From a bacterium (lineage in GTDB: Bacteria; Patescibacteriota; Minisyncoccia; Phycocordibacterales; Phycocordibacteraceae), in assembly GCA_037200965.1 (NCBI GenBank), contig JBBCGK010000001.1:512001-576000 (forward strand): a stretch of DNA of 64,000 bases, in the 5' to 3' direction. Positions 18,792 to 28,045 of this stretch are shown here, piece by piece. The translations under genes were made by a program, and so were the position numbers. Positions within the stretch are counted from its first letter, which is position 1; each line of letters opens with the position of its first letter. The notes beneath the pieces were generated by a model. That model had not been told where the DNA came from. It worked only from the letters and a program-made list of their open reading frames with translations, and did not search any database.

Positions 18792-19757
18792 TTAATAGAA
18801 AATCGTCAGGGTTTTATGGTGCGGTTTGGTGAACACGGTTGCCTGAGCTTTAACCCAGAAAATCCAGTCAAATTCCCGCGTGGTTATGGCGCGACCCATG
18901 CTCCGCATCGCCGCGACGATTTGCTCGCATGCCACGATCGTGTTCGCGCGTATCTCGATTTCCTTGAGCGATCCGGCGGGAATAAGACGTTCCTCAATTA
19001 TGTCACTTGCGAGCTCTTCGTCGTAGACGATTACCCCGAGCGCCTCCAGAAGCTGCGGAAGCTTATAGTCGGCAAAGATTGTAAGATTCTCAAGGTTCTT
19101 GAATTTGAACAAAGGATGTTCTACGCCCGAGAAATAGAGATCGGAAGGAAAAATCTGCGCGCGTTTAAGGAAAAGTACGGGTTTCCCATGACGTTCGGCA
19201 ACGTCCCGGAACGTCGGAAAATGTTCAAGGAGCAAAGTAACGAGCTTGTCGACATCCTGTCCGGCTTGTTCGAGAAGATTGAGGACGCTGCCGTCGAAAC
19301 GATCCCTGAGTATACCGAAGTTTTCACGGATTATCTTATGTCGTTCATCCATGAGAAGGAACTTGTTGCGTCCCGGGAACAGGGCTGCAAAGTCCTCTTT
19401 TGAGATATCGGCAAGAGAGGAGGCATCAAGGAGCCGCGGATTTTTCTTAAATGCGTCTTTCACCGCCCGGGAGAAGGCGTAATAACCGCCGCGCCATTCC
19501 CCGTCGATCAGGTACTCCCACCGCGTCTGCCCTTTCGGGCCCCAGAAGCATCCTTGAGCGCTGTCGAGGAAGAAATAATAGTAAGCAGTCTCTTCCGGGG
19601 TGCCAGAGAGCTGCAAATCGTTATTCCAGGGCGGCACCGGCTCATTGAGAAGCGCTTTCGCCGTATTTTCGACTTCGGAGGGAATGACGGATACGTGTTT
19701 GCTCGACTCGATGACGGGCCGTATGGATTCGAGGATCTTCGCGCGCGTCGTCTGCAT
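18792..19757 (-). CDS. hypothetical protein, DUF2419-like (possible queuosine-salvage Qng1 family)
   Basis: Size and composition (YYYFFLDSAQGCFWGP...) recall DUF2419; the assignment is from memory only. Confidence 0.35.
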   Translation of the reverse strand: MQTTRAKILESIRPVIESSKHVSVIPSEVENTAKALLNEPVPPWNNDLQLSGTPEETAYYYFFLDSAQGCFWGPKGQTRWEYLIDGEWRGGYYAFSRAVKDAFKKNPRLLDASSLADISKEDFAALFPGRNKFLLMDERHKIIRENFGILRDRFDGSVLNLLEQAGQDVDKLVTLLLEHFPTFRDVAERHGKPVLFLKRAQIFPSDLYFSGVEHPLFKFKNLENLTIFADYKLPQLLEALGVIVYDEELASDIIEERLIPAGSLKEIEIRANTIVACEQIVAAMRSMGRAITTREFDWIFWVKAQATVFTKPHHKTLTIFY

Positions 19758-19767
19758 ATCCCCTATC

Positions 19768-20394
19768 CTACCGCAGGATGAAAAGCCAGGAAATCATGTT
19801 TCCATATTCTTTTATCTTCGCCCCGGTCTGTCGTTGCTCGTCTCGCTCAACGCGGAAACCCGCACTTAGGATGAGGCGCTTCATTTCCTCAAGAGAAACG
19901 AGATTTATTTGTTCGTGCCAATCGTTTAAGAACACAATGTCACACGCCTCCTGGTCTTCGGGAGAAGCGATGGAAGTATCGAAAAGACAGATGTTGGTAA
20001 AGAGATAGAAAACGCCGCCGTCTTCAAGAAGTTGTTTGGCCGAAGAGAGTGCTGCCGGAAGCAGGCTCTTTGGCATGTGCGGGAACGCGTAGAAAGAGAA
20101 AATGGTGTCAAACTTCTGATCCGGCGCGTAGTCCGTGATGCTTGCACACTTGAAAACGATATCGCTTGGTTGCGCGGCGGCAAGCGCAATCTGATCGGCG
20201 GAATTGTCGATAGCTGTAATCGCGGCTTCTGGAAATTCTGCCGCGACACGTTTGGTGAGCTTCCCGTCCCCGCAACCGATATCGAGCATTCGGGACGGCT
20301 GAGCTTTGTACAGAAGAGTAACAAGAAGTGTCTCGTCCGCGTCGTTAAAATCTCCTTTTAAGTCTTTATAGGTGTTGGCGTCAAATTCCTTCAT
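19768..20394 (-). CDS. class I SAM-dependent methyltransferase
   Basis: Motif I LDIGCGDG; small-molecule MTase fold, no DNA-MTase motifs. Confidence 0.7.
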   Translation of the reverse strand: MKEFDANTYKDLKGDFNDADETLLVTLLYKAQPSRMLDIGCGDGKLTKRVAAEFPEAAITAIDNSADQIALAAAQPSDIVFKCASITDYAPDQKFDTIFSFYAFPHMPKSLLPAALSSAKQLLEDGGVFYLFTNICLFDTSIASPEDQEACDIVFLNDWHEQINLVSLEEMKRLILSAGFRVERDEQRQTGAKIKEYGNMISWLFILR

Positions 20395-20399
20395 AACTG

Positions 20400-20472
20400 G
20401 GCGGCTAGAGAGAATCGAACTCTCGACGCGGGTACCACAAACCCGAGTTTTACCACTAAACTATAGCCGCCA
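20400..20472 (-). tRNA. tRNA-His (anticodon GTG) with encoded G-1
   Basis: Cloverleaf GGCGGCTA...anticodon loop TTGTGGT...TTCGATTCTCTC, discriminator C; extra 5' G present. Confidence 0.8.
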
Positions 20473-20956
20473 TGAATTGCTCTCGCGGCTCTTCGTAATG
20501 ATGTACGAGGAAGTGGCAGTTATGGCACAGCCACGCGAGATTACTCAACTTATTGTTTTTCCGGTTCTTGTCAATGTGGTGCACAGCAAGCACCCGGATA
20601 TCTGTAGTTTTGCACAAACGGCATAATTTAGGAACCTTGTGACGACTGAGTACTGAACGGTAGGAATGCAGCCCTGTTGTAAAGTTTGAATGCTTGTTGC
20701 CGACATAAAGTTGATTGCGCCAGCGTGTTTGGCAACTTTTGCCACAGAAAAATAGTTTGCTCTTAGACCCTTTGAGTTGCTTTGGTTTCTTGTAGGAATC
20801 TTTCCCGCAGATAAAACATGGCATTTCCTTTCCTTTGCGCATTCCTGCGTACTGACAGGTCGGAGAGCAGTACTTGCCATAACCTTTTTTTATCCAATAA
20901 GGTTTTGCGTTGAAGTTTTTACCGCAGAATGTGCAAGTGACGAGTGCCATTCTCAT
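20456..20956 (-). CDS. HNH endonuclease with two N-terminal zinc ribbons
   Basis: CTFCGKNF...CSPTCQ, CFICGKD...CGKSCQ, then HNH motif VHHIDKNRKNNKLSNLAWLCHNCH. GC ~43%. The 3' end overlaps the tRNA-His 5' end. Confidence 0.7.
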   Translation of the reverse strand: MRMALVTCTFCGKNFNAKPYWIKKGYGKYCSPTCQYAGMRKGKEMPCFICGKDSYKKPKQLKGSKSKLFFCGKSCQTRWRNQLYVGNKHSNFTTGLHSYRSVLSRHKVPKLCRLCKTTDIRVLAVHHIDKNRKNNKLSNLAWLCHNCHFLVHHYEEPREQFMAAIV

Positions 20957-21010
20957 ATTTTATCGACCAAAACTGAAAGGTAAACAGGAGGAATTGTGGA
21001 TATTATAAAT

Positions 21011-21580
21011 TTAACGATAGCTCGGCGACTCTTCGGCTATGCCGGACTTGAAATTCGCAAGGCGCGCGAGCGCGAAGAGGAGCGAGGAGAGACGGTTGAG
21101 ATACGCGCGGGTGTTCGGGGAAAGCGCGCGGAGGCCCAGCTCGTGCACTCCGACCGCGCGGCGCTCCGCACGCCTTGCAAGGGTGCGCGCGACGTCAAGG
21201 AGCGCGGAAAGCTCGGTGCCGCCCGCAATCGAGAAACGCGTGATCGGAGGGATTTCTTTCTCGATCGTGTTGATGATGTTCTCGAGGCTCGTCACTTTCC
21301 CCTTCCCTGTTTTCTTCGGTGCCCCCGCCATTTCCGCCTGGATGATGAAGAGGGTCCCCTGTACGTCGCGGAGGATCGCGGAGATGGTGAGTTTCTTCTT
21401 CCCTATCGTTACGCCCGAATCCTGCACGCTCTTCGCGCGCACCTTGCAGAGCCCAAGGTATGAGTTGAGCTCGTCTAAAGTACCAAGCGCCTCCGGAAGC
21501 TCCGAAGACTTCGAAATACGCTGCTGGTCGCAGCCGAACGTCTTGGTGGTCCCACCATCCCCTTTGCCGGTATAGAGCAT
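21011..21580 (-). CDS. ATP:cob(I)alamin adenosyltransferase, PduO type
   Basis: MLYTGKGDGGTT...LDELNSYLG N-terminal signature of the PduO/MMAB family. Confidence 0.8.
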   Translation of the reverse strand: MLYTGKGDGGTTKTFGCDQQRISKSSELPEALGTLDELNSYLGLCKVRAKSVQDSGVTIGKKKLTISAILRDVQGTLFIIQAEMAGAPKKTGKGKVTSLENIINTIEKEIPPITRFSIAGGTELSALLDVARTLARRAERRAVGVHELGLRALSPNTRAYLNRLSSLLFALARLANFKSGIAEESPSYR

Positions 21581-21606
21581 AGAGTAAGTTATGGCATTAT
21601 ATCAGT

Positions 21607-22200
21607 ATGCGGACACGGGGATTCACCCTCATCGAGCTCCTGGTTGTCATTGCCATCATCGGCATCCTTTCTTCGGTCGTGGTCGTCTCTCTTAATGCCG
21701 CGCGAGCGAAGGCCCGCGATGCCAAGCGCATCTCTGACATCCATCAGATCCAGAAAGCGGTTGAGATATATAACGCGACCGTCGGCTTGCCTCCTGCCCC
21801 GGCGGCATACGGACGAGGCAATTCCTCACCGGGGAATTTCGACACCTGGTGGGACCTCTCGACGAACGATCCGTCCAACTTCATGAGCTTCCTCAAAAGC
21901 TCCGGCGTGATGCCGCAGGTCTCGGTCGACCCGGTGAACGATCCGGCGAGTTTCAACGGAGTCGCCGGAGCCGCAGGACACCGCTACTTCTATTTCTTCG
22001 TGCCCGCGAATTACCTATACCAGGGCGGGGCGTGCCGCAATAATGCCGCGACCTATATGCTCGGCATTACCGACCTTGAGACGGACGCTTCGCGCCCGTC
22101 GACGAAGTTCAGCGGAGGCGGGTGCTCCTGTCTCTGGAACAACGCGCAGAACTTCTTCGACGCGAGCTTTGATTACGTCGTGTGCGGGAGCGTGAGCTAG
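21607..22200 (+). CDS. type IV pilin-like protein (prepilin N-terminal cleavage/methylation domain)
   Basis: MRTRGFTLIELLVVIAIIGIL leader and hydrophobic N-terminal helix. Confidence 0.8.
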   Translation: MRTRGFTLIELLVVIAIIGILSSVVVVSLNAARAKARDAKRISDIHQIQKAVEIYNATVGLPPAPAAYGRGNSSPGNFDTWWDLSTNDPSNFMSFLKSSGVMPQVSVDPVNDPASFNGVAGAAGHRYFYFFVPANYLYQGGACRNNAATYMLGITDLETDASRPSTKFSGGGCSCLWNNAQNFFDASFDYVVCGSVS

Positions 22201-22210
22201 GGATACGAAC

Positions 22211-22246
22211 AAAATGAAAAACCGCCTTCGGGCGGTTTTTCATTTT
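22211..22246. terminator. bidirectional rho-independent terminator
   Basis: aaaatgaaaaaccgcc-ttcg-ggcggtttttcatttt. Confidence 0.6.
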
Positions 22247-22325
22247 AGTGCCCAGGTTGACCTCTTTTCCGAACTGCCTCAAATCTACAAGGCAGTACAG
22301 GAAAGCATGGTCGGAATAGAGCGTC

Positions 22326-22967
22326 TTAGGTTCTTGAAGTCCCTTTATCGAATAGCGACTGATACATCTTTAGGCGCTCCTGATAGAACTTCTCAAGTAT
22401 CTCCGGATGGAGCGGGAAATGCTGAGTAAGGTGATGATGCCCGCCGTCGCCTGAATCAAAGAAAATGTGCTGTTTGAGGTAATAGAGATAGAAGCCGTAG
22501 CCGAGCTTCTCCCAGTCATGCGCAGCGACCACCTTCTCGAATATGGAGGTAAGTTCTTCCTCGCGAGAGAAGACTGTCATCGCTCGGTCTGCTGGAGACA
22601 ATGTTTCGACTGCATGAACGTACTCTTGTGATGCTGCCTCAACTTCAGGCTTTGATGAGGCAATACTGTACTTCTTTACGAAGTGGTCGAGGAACTGCCA
22701 GTGGTCTCCCTTTGAGACGTAATCATCAAAAGTCATGTTGTCGGTCTCTAGTTCTCCACTGACCATCTCCATCATCCGACTGTCTTCAGGATAAAGTTCG
22801 ACACCGGCACGAAGGCTGCTGGCAAACTCTTTTGCAGTCGCAAGCGAGAGGAGAATGATGTCGCGCGGGTCAGCGTCCTGCCACGGAAGTCCGGCAATCT
22901 GCTTAACGAGTTCCTTGTGACGATAGACACCTTCAGGAGCTGGCATGGTTTCTGACATGAACACCAC
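22326..22967 (-). CDS. hypothetical protein (213 aa), possibly haem-oxygenase-like/PqqC-like helical enzyme
   Basis: His cluster DSGDGGHHHL; GC ~45%; no firm family call. Confidence 0.4.
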   Translation of the reverse strand: MVFMSETMPAPEGVYRHKELVKQIAGLPWQDADPRDIILLSLATAKEFASSLRAGVELYPEDSRMMEMVSGELETDNMTFDDYVSKGDHWQFLDHFVKKYSIASSKPEVEAASQEYVHAVETLSPADRAMTVFSREEELTSIFEKVVAAHDWEKLGYGFYLYYLKQHIFFDSGDGGHHHLTQHFPLHPEILEKFYQERLKMYQSLFDKGTSRT

Positions 22968-23080
22968 TATATCTTGAAGTCAACGAGTTCGGAACGGGTC
23001 AAAACGGTTTCGTTTTTTACGAACCTAAAAATCAGAAACGACTGGGTGTTTGCTCAGTCGTTTCTGTTATCTGTCCTATC

Positions 23081-23167
23081 TGGTGCCCAGGAGAGGACTC
23101 GAACCTCCAAGCCCTTGCGGGCGCTACCACCTCAAGGTAGTACGTCTACCAATTTCGCCACCTGGGC
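23081..23167 (-). tRNA. tRNA-Leu (anticodon GAG), CCA encoded
   Basis: Long variable arm; anticodon loop TTGAGGT; acceptor GCCCAGG/CCTGGGC + ACCA. Confidence 0.8.
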
Positions 23168-23195
23168 AGATGAGCACCTGAGGACTATATCGCAA

Positions 23196-23699
23196 TTACG
23201 ACGCGGCTTCCACCTTCTCTTCGGCAACTGCCTCCGCCGGTGCTTCAACAGGCGTCTCCGCTACTTCCGCAACAGGGCTCTCTTCAGGCTCGCTCGAGGT
23301 GGAAACGTTCATCATGCGGGCGTTTCTCAGCTGCCGCTTCACTTCGCGCGCGACCTTCTCGCGGATGAAGTAGAGCTTCGCGCGGCGCACCTTGGAGCGG
23401 CGCTTGATCTCGATCTTCTCGATATTCGGCGAGTAGAGCGGAAAGATCTTCTCGACGCCGATGCCCGAGAGCACGGCGCGGACCGTGAAACTCGCTCCGG
23501 CTTCGGTGCCGTGCTTCACCGCAAGCACGAGGCCCTCGAACGCCTGCTGGCGCGTGCTCTTGGTGGTCTTTTCTTTCTTGTCGGCGCCCTTGGCCTTCTT
23601 GATCTCGATGATGTTCTGCATGACGCGCACGGTGTCGCCCGGGCGTATCCCGAGACCCGCGCGGTCCTTTACGTTGACCGGAGAAATTACCTGCTGCAT
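23196..23699 (-). CDS. rplS: 50S ribosomal protein L19 with Ala/Glu-rich C-terminal extension
   Basis: GDTVRV...QAFEGLVLAVKHG...FTVRAVLSGIGVEKIFPLYSPNIEKIEI. Confidence 0.85.
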   Translation of the reverse strand: MQQVISPVNVKDRAGLGIRPGDTVRVMQNIIEIKKAKGADKKEKTTKSTRQQAFEGLVLAVKHGTEAGASFTVRAVLSGIGVEKIFPLYSPNIEKIEIKRRSKVRRAKLYFIREKVAREVKRQLRNARMMNVSTSSEPEESPVAEVAETPVEAPAEAVAEEKVEAAS

Positions 23700-23757
23700 A
23701 TGGGCGACACTGTACCACTCGGCCTATAAAAAAGCAAAACCGCGGCCTTGTATCTGC

Positions 23758-24486
23758 TTAAAACGGCCCGGCCGAGGGAAACGCAGCAAAGGCCGGCTTT
23801 AAGTCCTTAGGAATCGGCGCGACGACCTCCTTACGGCTGCCGGAAGGGAGCGGAAAGTCGAGGCTATAGGCATGGAGGGCAAGGCGCGAGGTGCCAAGAT
23901 CGCAGGGGTGATTTGGCGCGTAGAGGGGGTCGCAGACGACGGGATGGTGGATGGCCTTCAAATGCACGCGTATCTGGTGAGTACGTCCGGTCTCGGGGTT
24001 CACCTTAAGAAGCGAGTGCCCTTCGGCTTCCGCAAGCACTTCGTAGCGGGTGAGCGCTTCGCGCATGATGCCTTTCGCTTTCGGCTGCGCGGAGCGGAGC
24101 CGAAAGTCCTTCCTTGAGCGGCCGATGGCAAAATCGATGATCCCCTTCTTTTCTTTAGGCACGCCATAGACGAAGGCGAGATAGGTCTTTTTGATCTCCC
24201 GGTCCTGGAATGCCTTCTTAAGAAACGCGTGCGCCTCTTGCGTTTTTGCGAGAAGCAGCACTCCGGAGGTATCGGTATCGAGCCGGTGCACGATGCCGGG
24301 GCGCGCGAGCTCCGTACCGTCCGGCAGCCGCTGCGTCTCCCCCACCCCGGCCGATTCCGGATACCGCTTCGCGAACCAGTCCGCGACTGTTTCCTCGGCG
24401 GTTCTTCCGTCGCCATGCGTCATTATGCCCGCGGGCTTTGTTATCGCGACGAGGTCGCTGTCTTCGTAGAGGACCGGGAATTCCAT
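23758..24486 (-). CDS. RluA-family pseudouridine synthase
   Basis: Catalytic motif HRLDTDTSGVLLLAK. Confidence 0.85.
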   Translation of the reverse strand: MEFPVLYEDSDLVAITKPAGIMTHGDGRTAEETVADWFAKRYPESAGVGETQRLPDGTELARPGIVHRLDTDTSGVLLLAKTQEAHAFLKKAFQDREIKKTYLAFVYGVPKEKKGIIDFAIGRSRKDFRLRSAQPKAKGIMREALTRYEVLAEAEGHSLLKVNPETGRTHQIRVHLKAIHHPVVCDPLYAPNHPCDLGTSRLALHAYSLDFPLPSGSRKEVVAPIPKDLKPAFAAFPSAGPF

Positions 24487-24518
24487 ATATGCACCCTAGC
24501 CCGGATGCGCTACGCGCG

Positions 24519-25226
24519 CTAGCGCCCGTGCCTGCGCTCGCGGGAAGCAAAGTCCGCAAAAATCCGCTCGAGCTCCTTGCGCGAGAAGTCGGGCCAGAGC
24601 GTGTCGGTGAAGGCGAGCTCGGCATACGCCGACTCCCAAAGGAGGAAATTGGAAAGCCGCTTCTCTCCCCCGGTCCGGATGATAAGGTCGGGCTCGGGAA
24701 TGCCCCGCGTCCAGAGCGCATCTGTAAGGGCGACTTCGGTGATCTCCTTGGCGCCTCCCGCCATAAGGCCATTCGCCGCCTGGAGGATGTCGGGGCGGCC
24801 TCCGTAGGAAACCGCAAGCGCGATCGTACCCTCCGCACCTCCCGCCGTCTTGGCTTCAAGCTCGTTCATCATTTCCTGGAGCTTTCCGGAGAACCGGCCG
24901 CGTTCGCCAAGAAAGCGCATTCGTACCCCGTCTGAAAGGAGCTGCGGAAGGCGCTCTTCGATCTTCGAGAATGCATGCTCGAAAAGTCCGAGTAGGTCCG
25001 CGACTTCGGCCTCCGCGCGGTTCCGGTTCTCGGTCGAGAACGTATAGAAAATGTAGTGCGCAGCGCCCCACGCGTCGCGAAGCGGGCGGTAGTCGTCAAG
25101 AAGGCGAAGGAGCACCTCTTCGCCGGCTTGGTGGCCGCGGGCGCTCGACAACCCTTTCGCTTTCGCCCACCGGCGATTGCCATCCATGATGATGCCGATC
25201 GACTTCGGTCCCGCCTGCTCAATCAT
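24519..25226 (-). CDS. uppS: undecaprenyl-diphosphate synthase (cis-prenyltransferase)
   Basis: IIMDGNRRWA, ENRNR, RTGGEKRLSNFLLWESAYAEL. The track ORF starts at TTG 25337; the shorter ATG at 25226 is preferred. Confidence 0.8.
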   Translation of the reverse strand: MIEQAGPKSIGIIMDGNRRWAKAKGLSSARGHQAGEEVLLRLLDDYRPLRDAWGAAHYIFYTFSTENRNRAEAEVADLLGLFEHAFSKIEERLPQLLSDGVRMRFLGERGRFSGKLQEMMNELEAKTAGGAEGTIALAVSYGGRPDILQAANGLMAGGAKEITEVALTDALWTRGIPEPDLIIRTGGEKRLSNFLLWESAYAELAFTDTLWPDFSRKELERIFADFASRERRHGR

Positions 25227-25497
25227 ACGCAATCTCGAAGGAATCATACTGCCCCGACGGCGCGGTCTTCGAAACCTGTATGTCGCGCACGTCGGAAAGG
25301 AACGACCCGCGCCGCACGCGCGCGAGAAGCCCCGCAAGAGCGTCCGGCGGGCCCTCCGCGATAACGCGCACCGTACCGTCCGTGAGGTTCTTAACCTCTC
25401 CCGTAACGCCGATGCGGCGGGCGAAGCGCGCGACGAAGTCGCGATACATCACCATCTGCACGCGGCCGGAGACGATTGCTTCGAAACGTTCGTTCAT
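25219..25497 (-). CDS. acyP: acylphosphatase
   Basis: VSGRVQMVMYRDF...GEVKNLTDGTVRVIAEG. Confidence 0.8.
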   Translation of the reverse strand: MNERFEAIVSGRVQMVMYRDFVARFARRIGVTGEVKNLTDGTVRVIAEGPPDALAGLLARVRRGSFLSDVRDIQVSKTAPSGQYDSFEIAYD

Positions 25498-25539
25498 AAG
25501 GATGCTAACTATAGAAAGAAGCGTCGGGTTTCAAAGGAG

Positions 25540-25815
25540 TCAATCAAACTTCTTCTCCAGCCGCTTATAAAGCGAGCCGCAGACGAGCAGGATGCCGATC
25601 CCTATAAAGAGCGGAATCAGCGGATGCTCCCGCAACAAGGGCACCTCGTCGAGGATCTGCTCGAAGCCATAGAGCGTCGTGACGACGCCGAAGGTCCCGA
25701 GGAGCGAGAACGCAAGCGGATAGCGGCCAAATACGGTCCGGTTGTGCCGCCGCATATACTCGTCGAGCTTGCGCGTCGTCCGCTCGATTTCTTCAAGAGG
25801 GTCGGTAACGGCCAT
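25540..25815 (-). CDS. hypothetical small membrane protein (2 TM)
   Basis: Two hydrophobic helices; 91 aa. Confidence 0.4.
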   Translation of the reverse strand: MAVTDPLEEIERTTRKLDEYMRRHNRTVFGRYPLAFSLLGTFGVVTTLYGFEQILDEVPLLREHPLIPLFIGIGILLVCGSLYKRLEKKFD

Positions 25816-25891
25816 GCAGCAGGAAGTGTAGCACCCGGGGGCCCGCCTGAGTGGTTTGAAAACTCCCCGGTCTCGCGTATGCTCTTTGCAA

Positions 25892-25964
25892 GGGCGATTA
25901 GCTCAGTTGGTAGAGCAACTCATTTACACTGAGAAGGTCACAGGTTCGAGTCCTGTATCGCCCA
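25892..25964 (+). tRNA. tRNA-Val (anticodon TAC)
   Basis: GGGCGATTAGCTCAGTTGGTAGAGC...anticodon loop TTTACAC...TTCGAGTCCTGT. Confidence 0.85.
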
Positions 25965-25993
25965 CAATACGCATGCTGACGCGTTCTTAAAAG

Positions 25994-26076
25994 TGGGCAC
26001 GGAGAGATTTGAACTCTCAAGGGGTCGCCCCCATACGGTTCTGAGCCGTACGCGTATACCGTTCCGCCACGTGCCC
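25994..26076 (-). tRNA. tRNA-Leu (anticodon CAG)
   Basis: Long variable arm; anticodon loop CTCAGAA; acceptor GGGCACG/CGTGCCC. Confidence 0.75.
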
Positions 26077-26079
26077 GTG

Positions 26080-26151
26080 TGCCCCCGCCTGGAATCGAAC
26101 CAAGATCAAGAGCTTAGAAGTCTCCTGCACGATCCATTGTGCTACGGGGGC
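26080..26151 (-). tRNA. tRNA-Arg (anticodon TCT)
   Basis: GCCCCCGTAGCACAATGGAT...anticodon loop CTTCTAA...TTCGATTCCAGGCGGGGGCA; only 3 nt from the preceding tRNA. Confidence 0.75.
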
Positions 26152-26207
26152 GATGCTTAACACCTCTACCCTATCCCGCTCACTTGCGCGGGTCAACGAA
26201 CTCCGTC

Positions 26208-26534
26208 TTATTTCGCGCCCGTGCCAGGGGGCACGACGCGATCCGGCACCATGAACGCAAACGTTTCTTCCGTTCCGACGGCAAAGAGCATGCCGTTCGA
26301 TTCAAGCCCCTTGATGGTCCGGGGTTCGAGGTTCGTGACGAAGGCGAGCTGGCGGCCGACCAGAGCTTCCGGTTCCGGCACGTACGCCGAGATCCCGGAG
26401 ACGATCTGCCGCGGCACCGCTTCGCCAAGGTCGACCATGAGCCGCAGGAGCTTGTCGGTCTCGGGAACGCGTTCGGCGCTTCTGACCGTGCCTATCTTCA
26501 CCTCTATGTTCTTGAACTCGTCGATGGAAATCAT
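26208..26534 (-). CDS. tRNA-binding protein (CsaA/Trbp111/EMAP-like OB-fold)
   Basis: FKNIEVKIGTVRSAERVPETDKLLRLMVDLGE...RQIVSGI. Confidence 0.75.
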   Translation of the reverse strand: MISIDEFKNIEVKIGTVRSAERVPETDKLLRLMVDLGEAVPRQIVSGISAYVPEPEALVGRQLAFVTNLEPRTIKGLESNGMLFAVGTEETFAFMVPDRVVPPGTGAK

Positions 26535-26944
26535 GCGTGCTTCTCTTTAGAAAGGTAACTGGTAAGGATGAGGGCGGCGGCGGAAGAATCGATGTCGGGA
26601 TGCGCCGAAGGCGCGCGGGACTTTTGCATTTTCTCCGGGGCCCGGCGCGCCTCGGCGCTCGTAAGCCCTTCCCACTCATAGAATACCGGGAGGCCCGCGC
26701 GTTCGGAAAGCACTTCGCCAAGCGCGCGGGCGCCGACCGCCACGGCGTTATCCCTGCCGTGGTAATCCTTGGAGTCGCCGATCACGATCGCGCCGACGCC
26801 TTCTTTTGCGGCAAGCGCGAGCAGGTCGCCGACAAGCCTTGGCGTGTTCGGGAGTATGGAATGCGGGAATCCCATCGAGCCGTTCTCGTCAGAGAGAGCG
26901 AGTCCGATTTTCTTCGTACCGTAATCGATGCCGAGATAGCGCAT
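26531..26944 (-). CDS. ruvX: Holliday-junction resolvase-like / pre-16S rRNA nuclease YqgF (RuvX)
   Basis: MRYLGIDYGTKKIGLALSD N-terminal RNase H-like motif. Confidence 0.85.
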   Translation of the reverse strand: MRYLGIDYGTKKIGLALSDENGSMGFPHSILPNTPRLVGDLLALAAKEGVGAIVIGDSKDYHGRDNAVAVGARALGEVLSERAGLPVFYEWEGLTSAEARRAPEKMQKSRAPSAHPDIDSSAAALILTSYLSKEKHA

Positions 26945-26978
26945 ACCGCCATCCTACACCACGGCAAAACATGCTATA

Positions 26979-27263
26979 GTGCCGCGCATGTATCCCGCAT
27001 ACCACACCTTCGGCGCCATGCCCTTCTTCCACAGCCTCGCATTCCTCTTCCTGCTTCCGGTATTCGCCGTACTTGCGGCCTGGGTCGTCATTATAAAAGG
27101 CTTCGCGCTCTGGCATGCCGCCCGAAACAGTCAGAAGCTGTGGTTCGTGGAGCTTCTCGTCGTTAACACCCTCGGTATTCTCGAGGTGCTGTATCTCGTT
27201 TTCTGGCGAAAGGATAAGAACGCTTCCGCTGCTGTACCCTCATCAGCGGAGAAAGCAGAATAA
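26979..27263 (+). CDS. hypothetical small membrane protein
   Basis: Two TM helices; 94 aa. Confidence 0.4.
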   Translation: MPRMYPAYHTFGAMPFFHSLAFLFLLPVFAVLAAWVVIIKGFALWHAARNSQKLWFVELLVVNTLGILEVLYLVFWRKDKNASAAVPSSAEKAE

Positions 27264-27266
27264 CAG

Positions 27267-27354
27267 GGATGGGTGGCCGAGAGGTCTAAGGCATCGGTCT
27301 TGAAAACCGACACACCGCAAGGTGTCGTGAGTTCGAATCTCACCCCATCCGCCA
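27267..27354 (+). tRNA. tRNA-Ser (anticodon TGA), CCA encoded
   Basis: GGATGGGTGGCCGAGAGGTCTAAGGC...anticodon loop CTTGAAA...long variable arm...TTCGAATCTCACCCCATCCGCCA. Confidence 0.85.
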
Positions 27355-27360
27355 AACATG

Positions 27361-27385
27361 AAACCGCTCACTGGAGCGGTTTTAG
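27361..27385 (+). terminator. hairpin terminator immediately after tRNA-Ser
   Basis: aaaccgctc-actg-gagcggtttt. Confidence 0.45.
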
Positions 27386-27429
27386 TGTGTACCCAATATG
27401 CGGGTTCGGACCTTTGCTATACTTTGCCT

Positions 27430-27996
27430 GTGAAATGGCAAGATGCGATTCTGCATCAAAAATTTCATGACCGTAACCCCGCTGAAGTTGCCAAAGAGCT
27501 CATCGGTAAGCTTTTGGTGAGAAGAATCGATGGAGAATATCTCGTCGGAATGATTTCTGAAACCGAAGCCTATCTCCCATCAGGTGATGCCGCCGCTCAT
27601 AATTTCAAAGGCCAGACAAAGCGCAATGCAAGTCTATACAAGGAAGGTGGGCACGCCTACGTCCACAGCATGAGACAGTATTGCCTTCTCGATGCGGTGA
27701 CGCAGGGTCGAGACGTGCCCGGTTCCGTACTTATCCGCGCCATAGAACCGATTGAGGGCGTTCAAGGGCTTGTGAATGGTCCTGGAAAGGTATGTCGCGA
27801 ATTCAAGATAGCGAAAACTCTGGATGGAGTCGATATGACGAATCCAGAAAGCGAATTATTCATAGCTGAAGACGAAAAGGACGTTCTTCATAAAATCAAT
27901 ATCTCTTCGAGAGTCGGCATCTCGAAAGCAAAAGATATGCCGTTGAGGTTTTATGTCTCCGCGGTCTCTGCTAAGAGTTTGGGTACGAAGAAGTAA
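27430..27996 (+). CDS. mpg: DNA-3-methyladenine glycosylase (Mpg/AAG family)
   Basis: FHDRNPAEVAKELIGKLLVRR...ISETEAYLPSGDAAAHNFKGQTKRNASLYKEGGHAYVH. Start reassigned to in-frame GTG 27430 because the track ATG (27358) lies inside the tRNA-Ser terminator hairpin. Confidence 0.7.
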   Translation: MKWQDAILHQKFHDRNPAEVAKELIGKLLVRRIDGEYLVGMISETEAYLPSGDAAAHNFKGQTKRNASLYKEGGHAYVHSMRQYCLLDAVTQGRDVPGSVLIRAIEPIEGVQGLVNGPGKVCREFKIAKTLDGVDMTNPESELFIAEDEKDVLHKINISSRVGISKAKDMPLRFYVSAVSAKSLGTKK

Positions 27997-28045
27997 TTGG
28001 GAGAAACCGCCCAATAAGTTCTAATCTCGTCCACTATCCTCCGCA

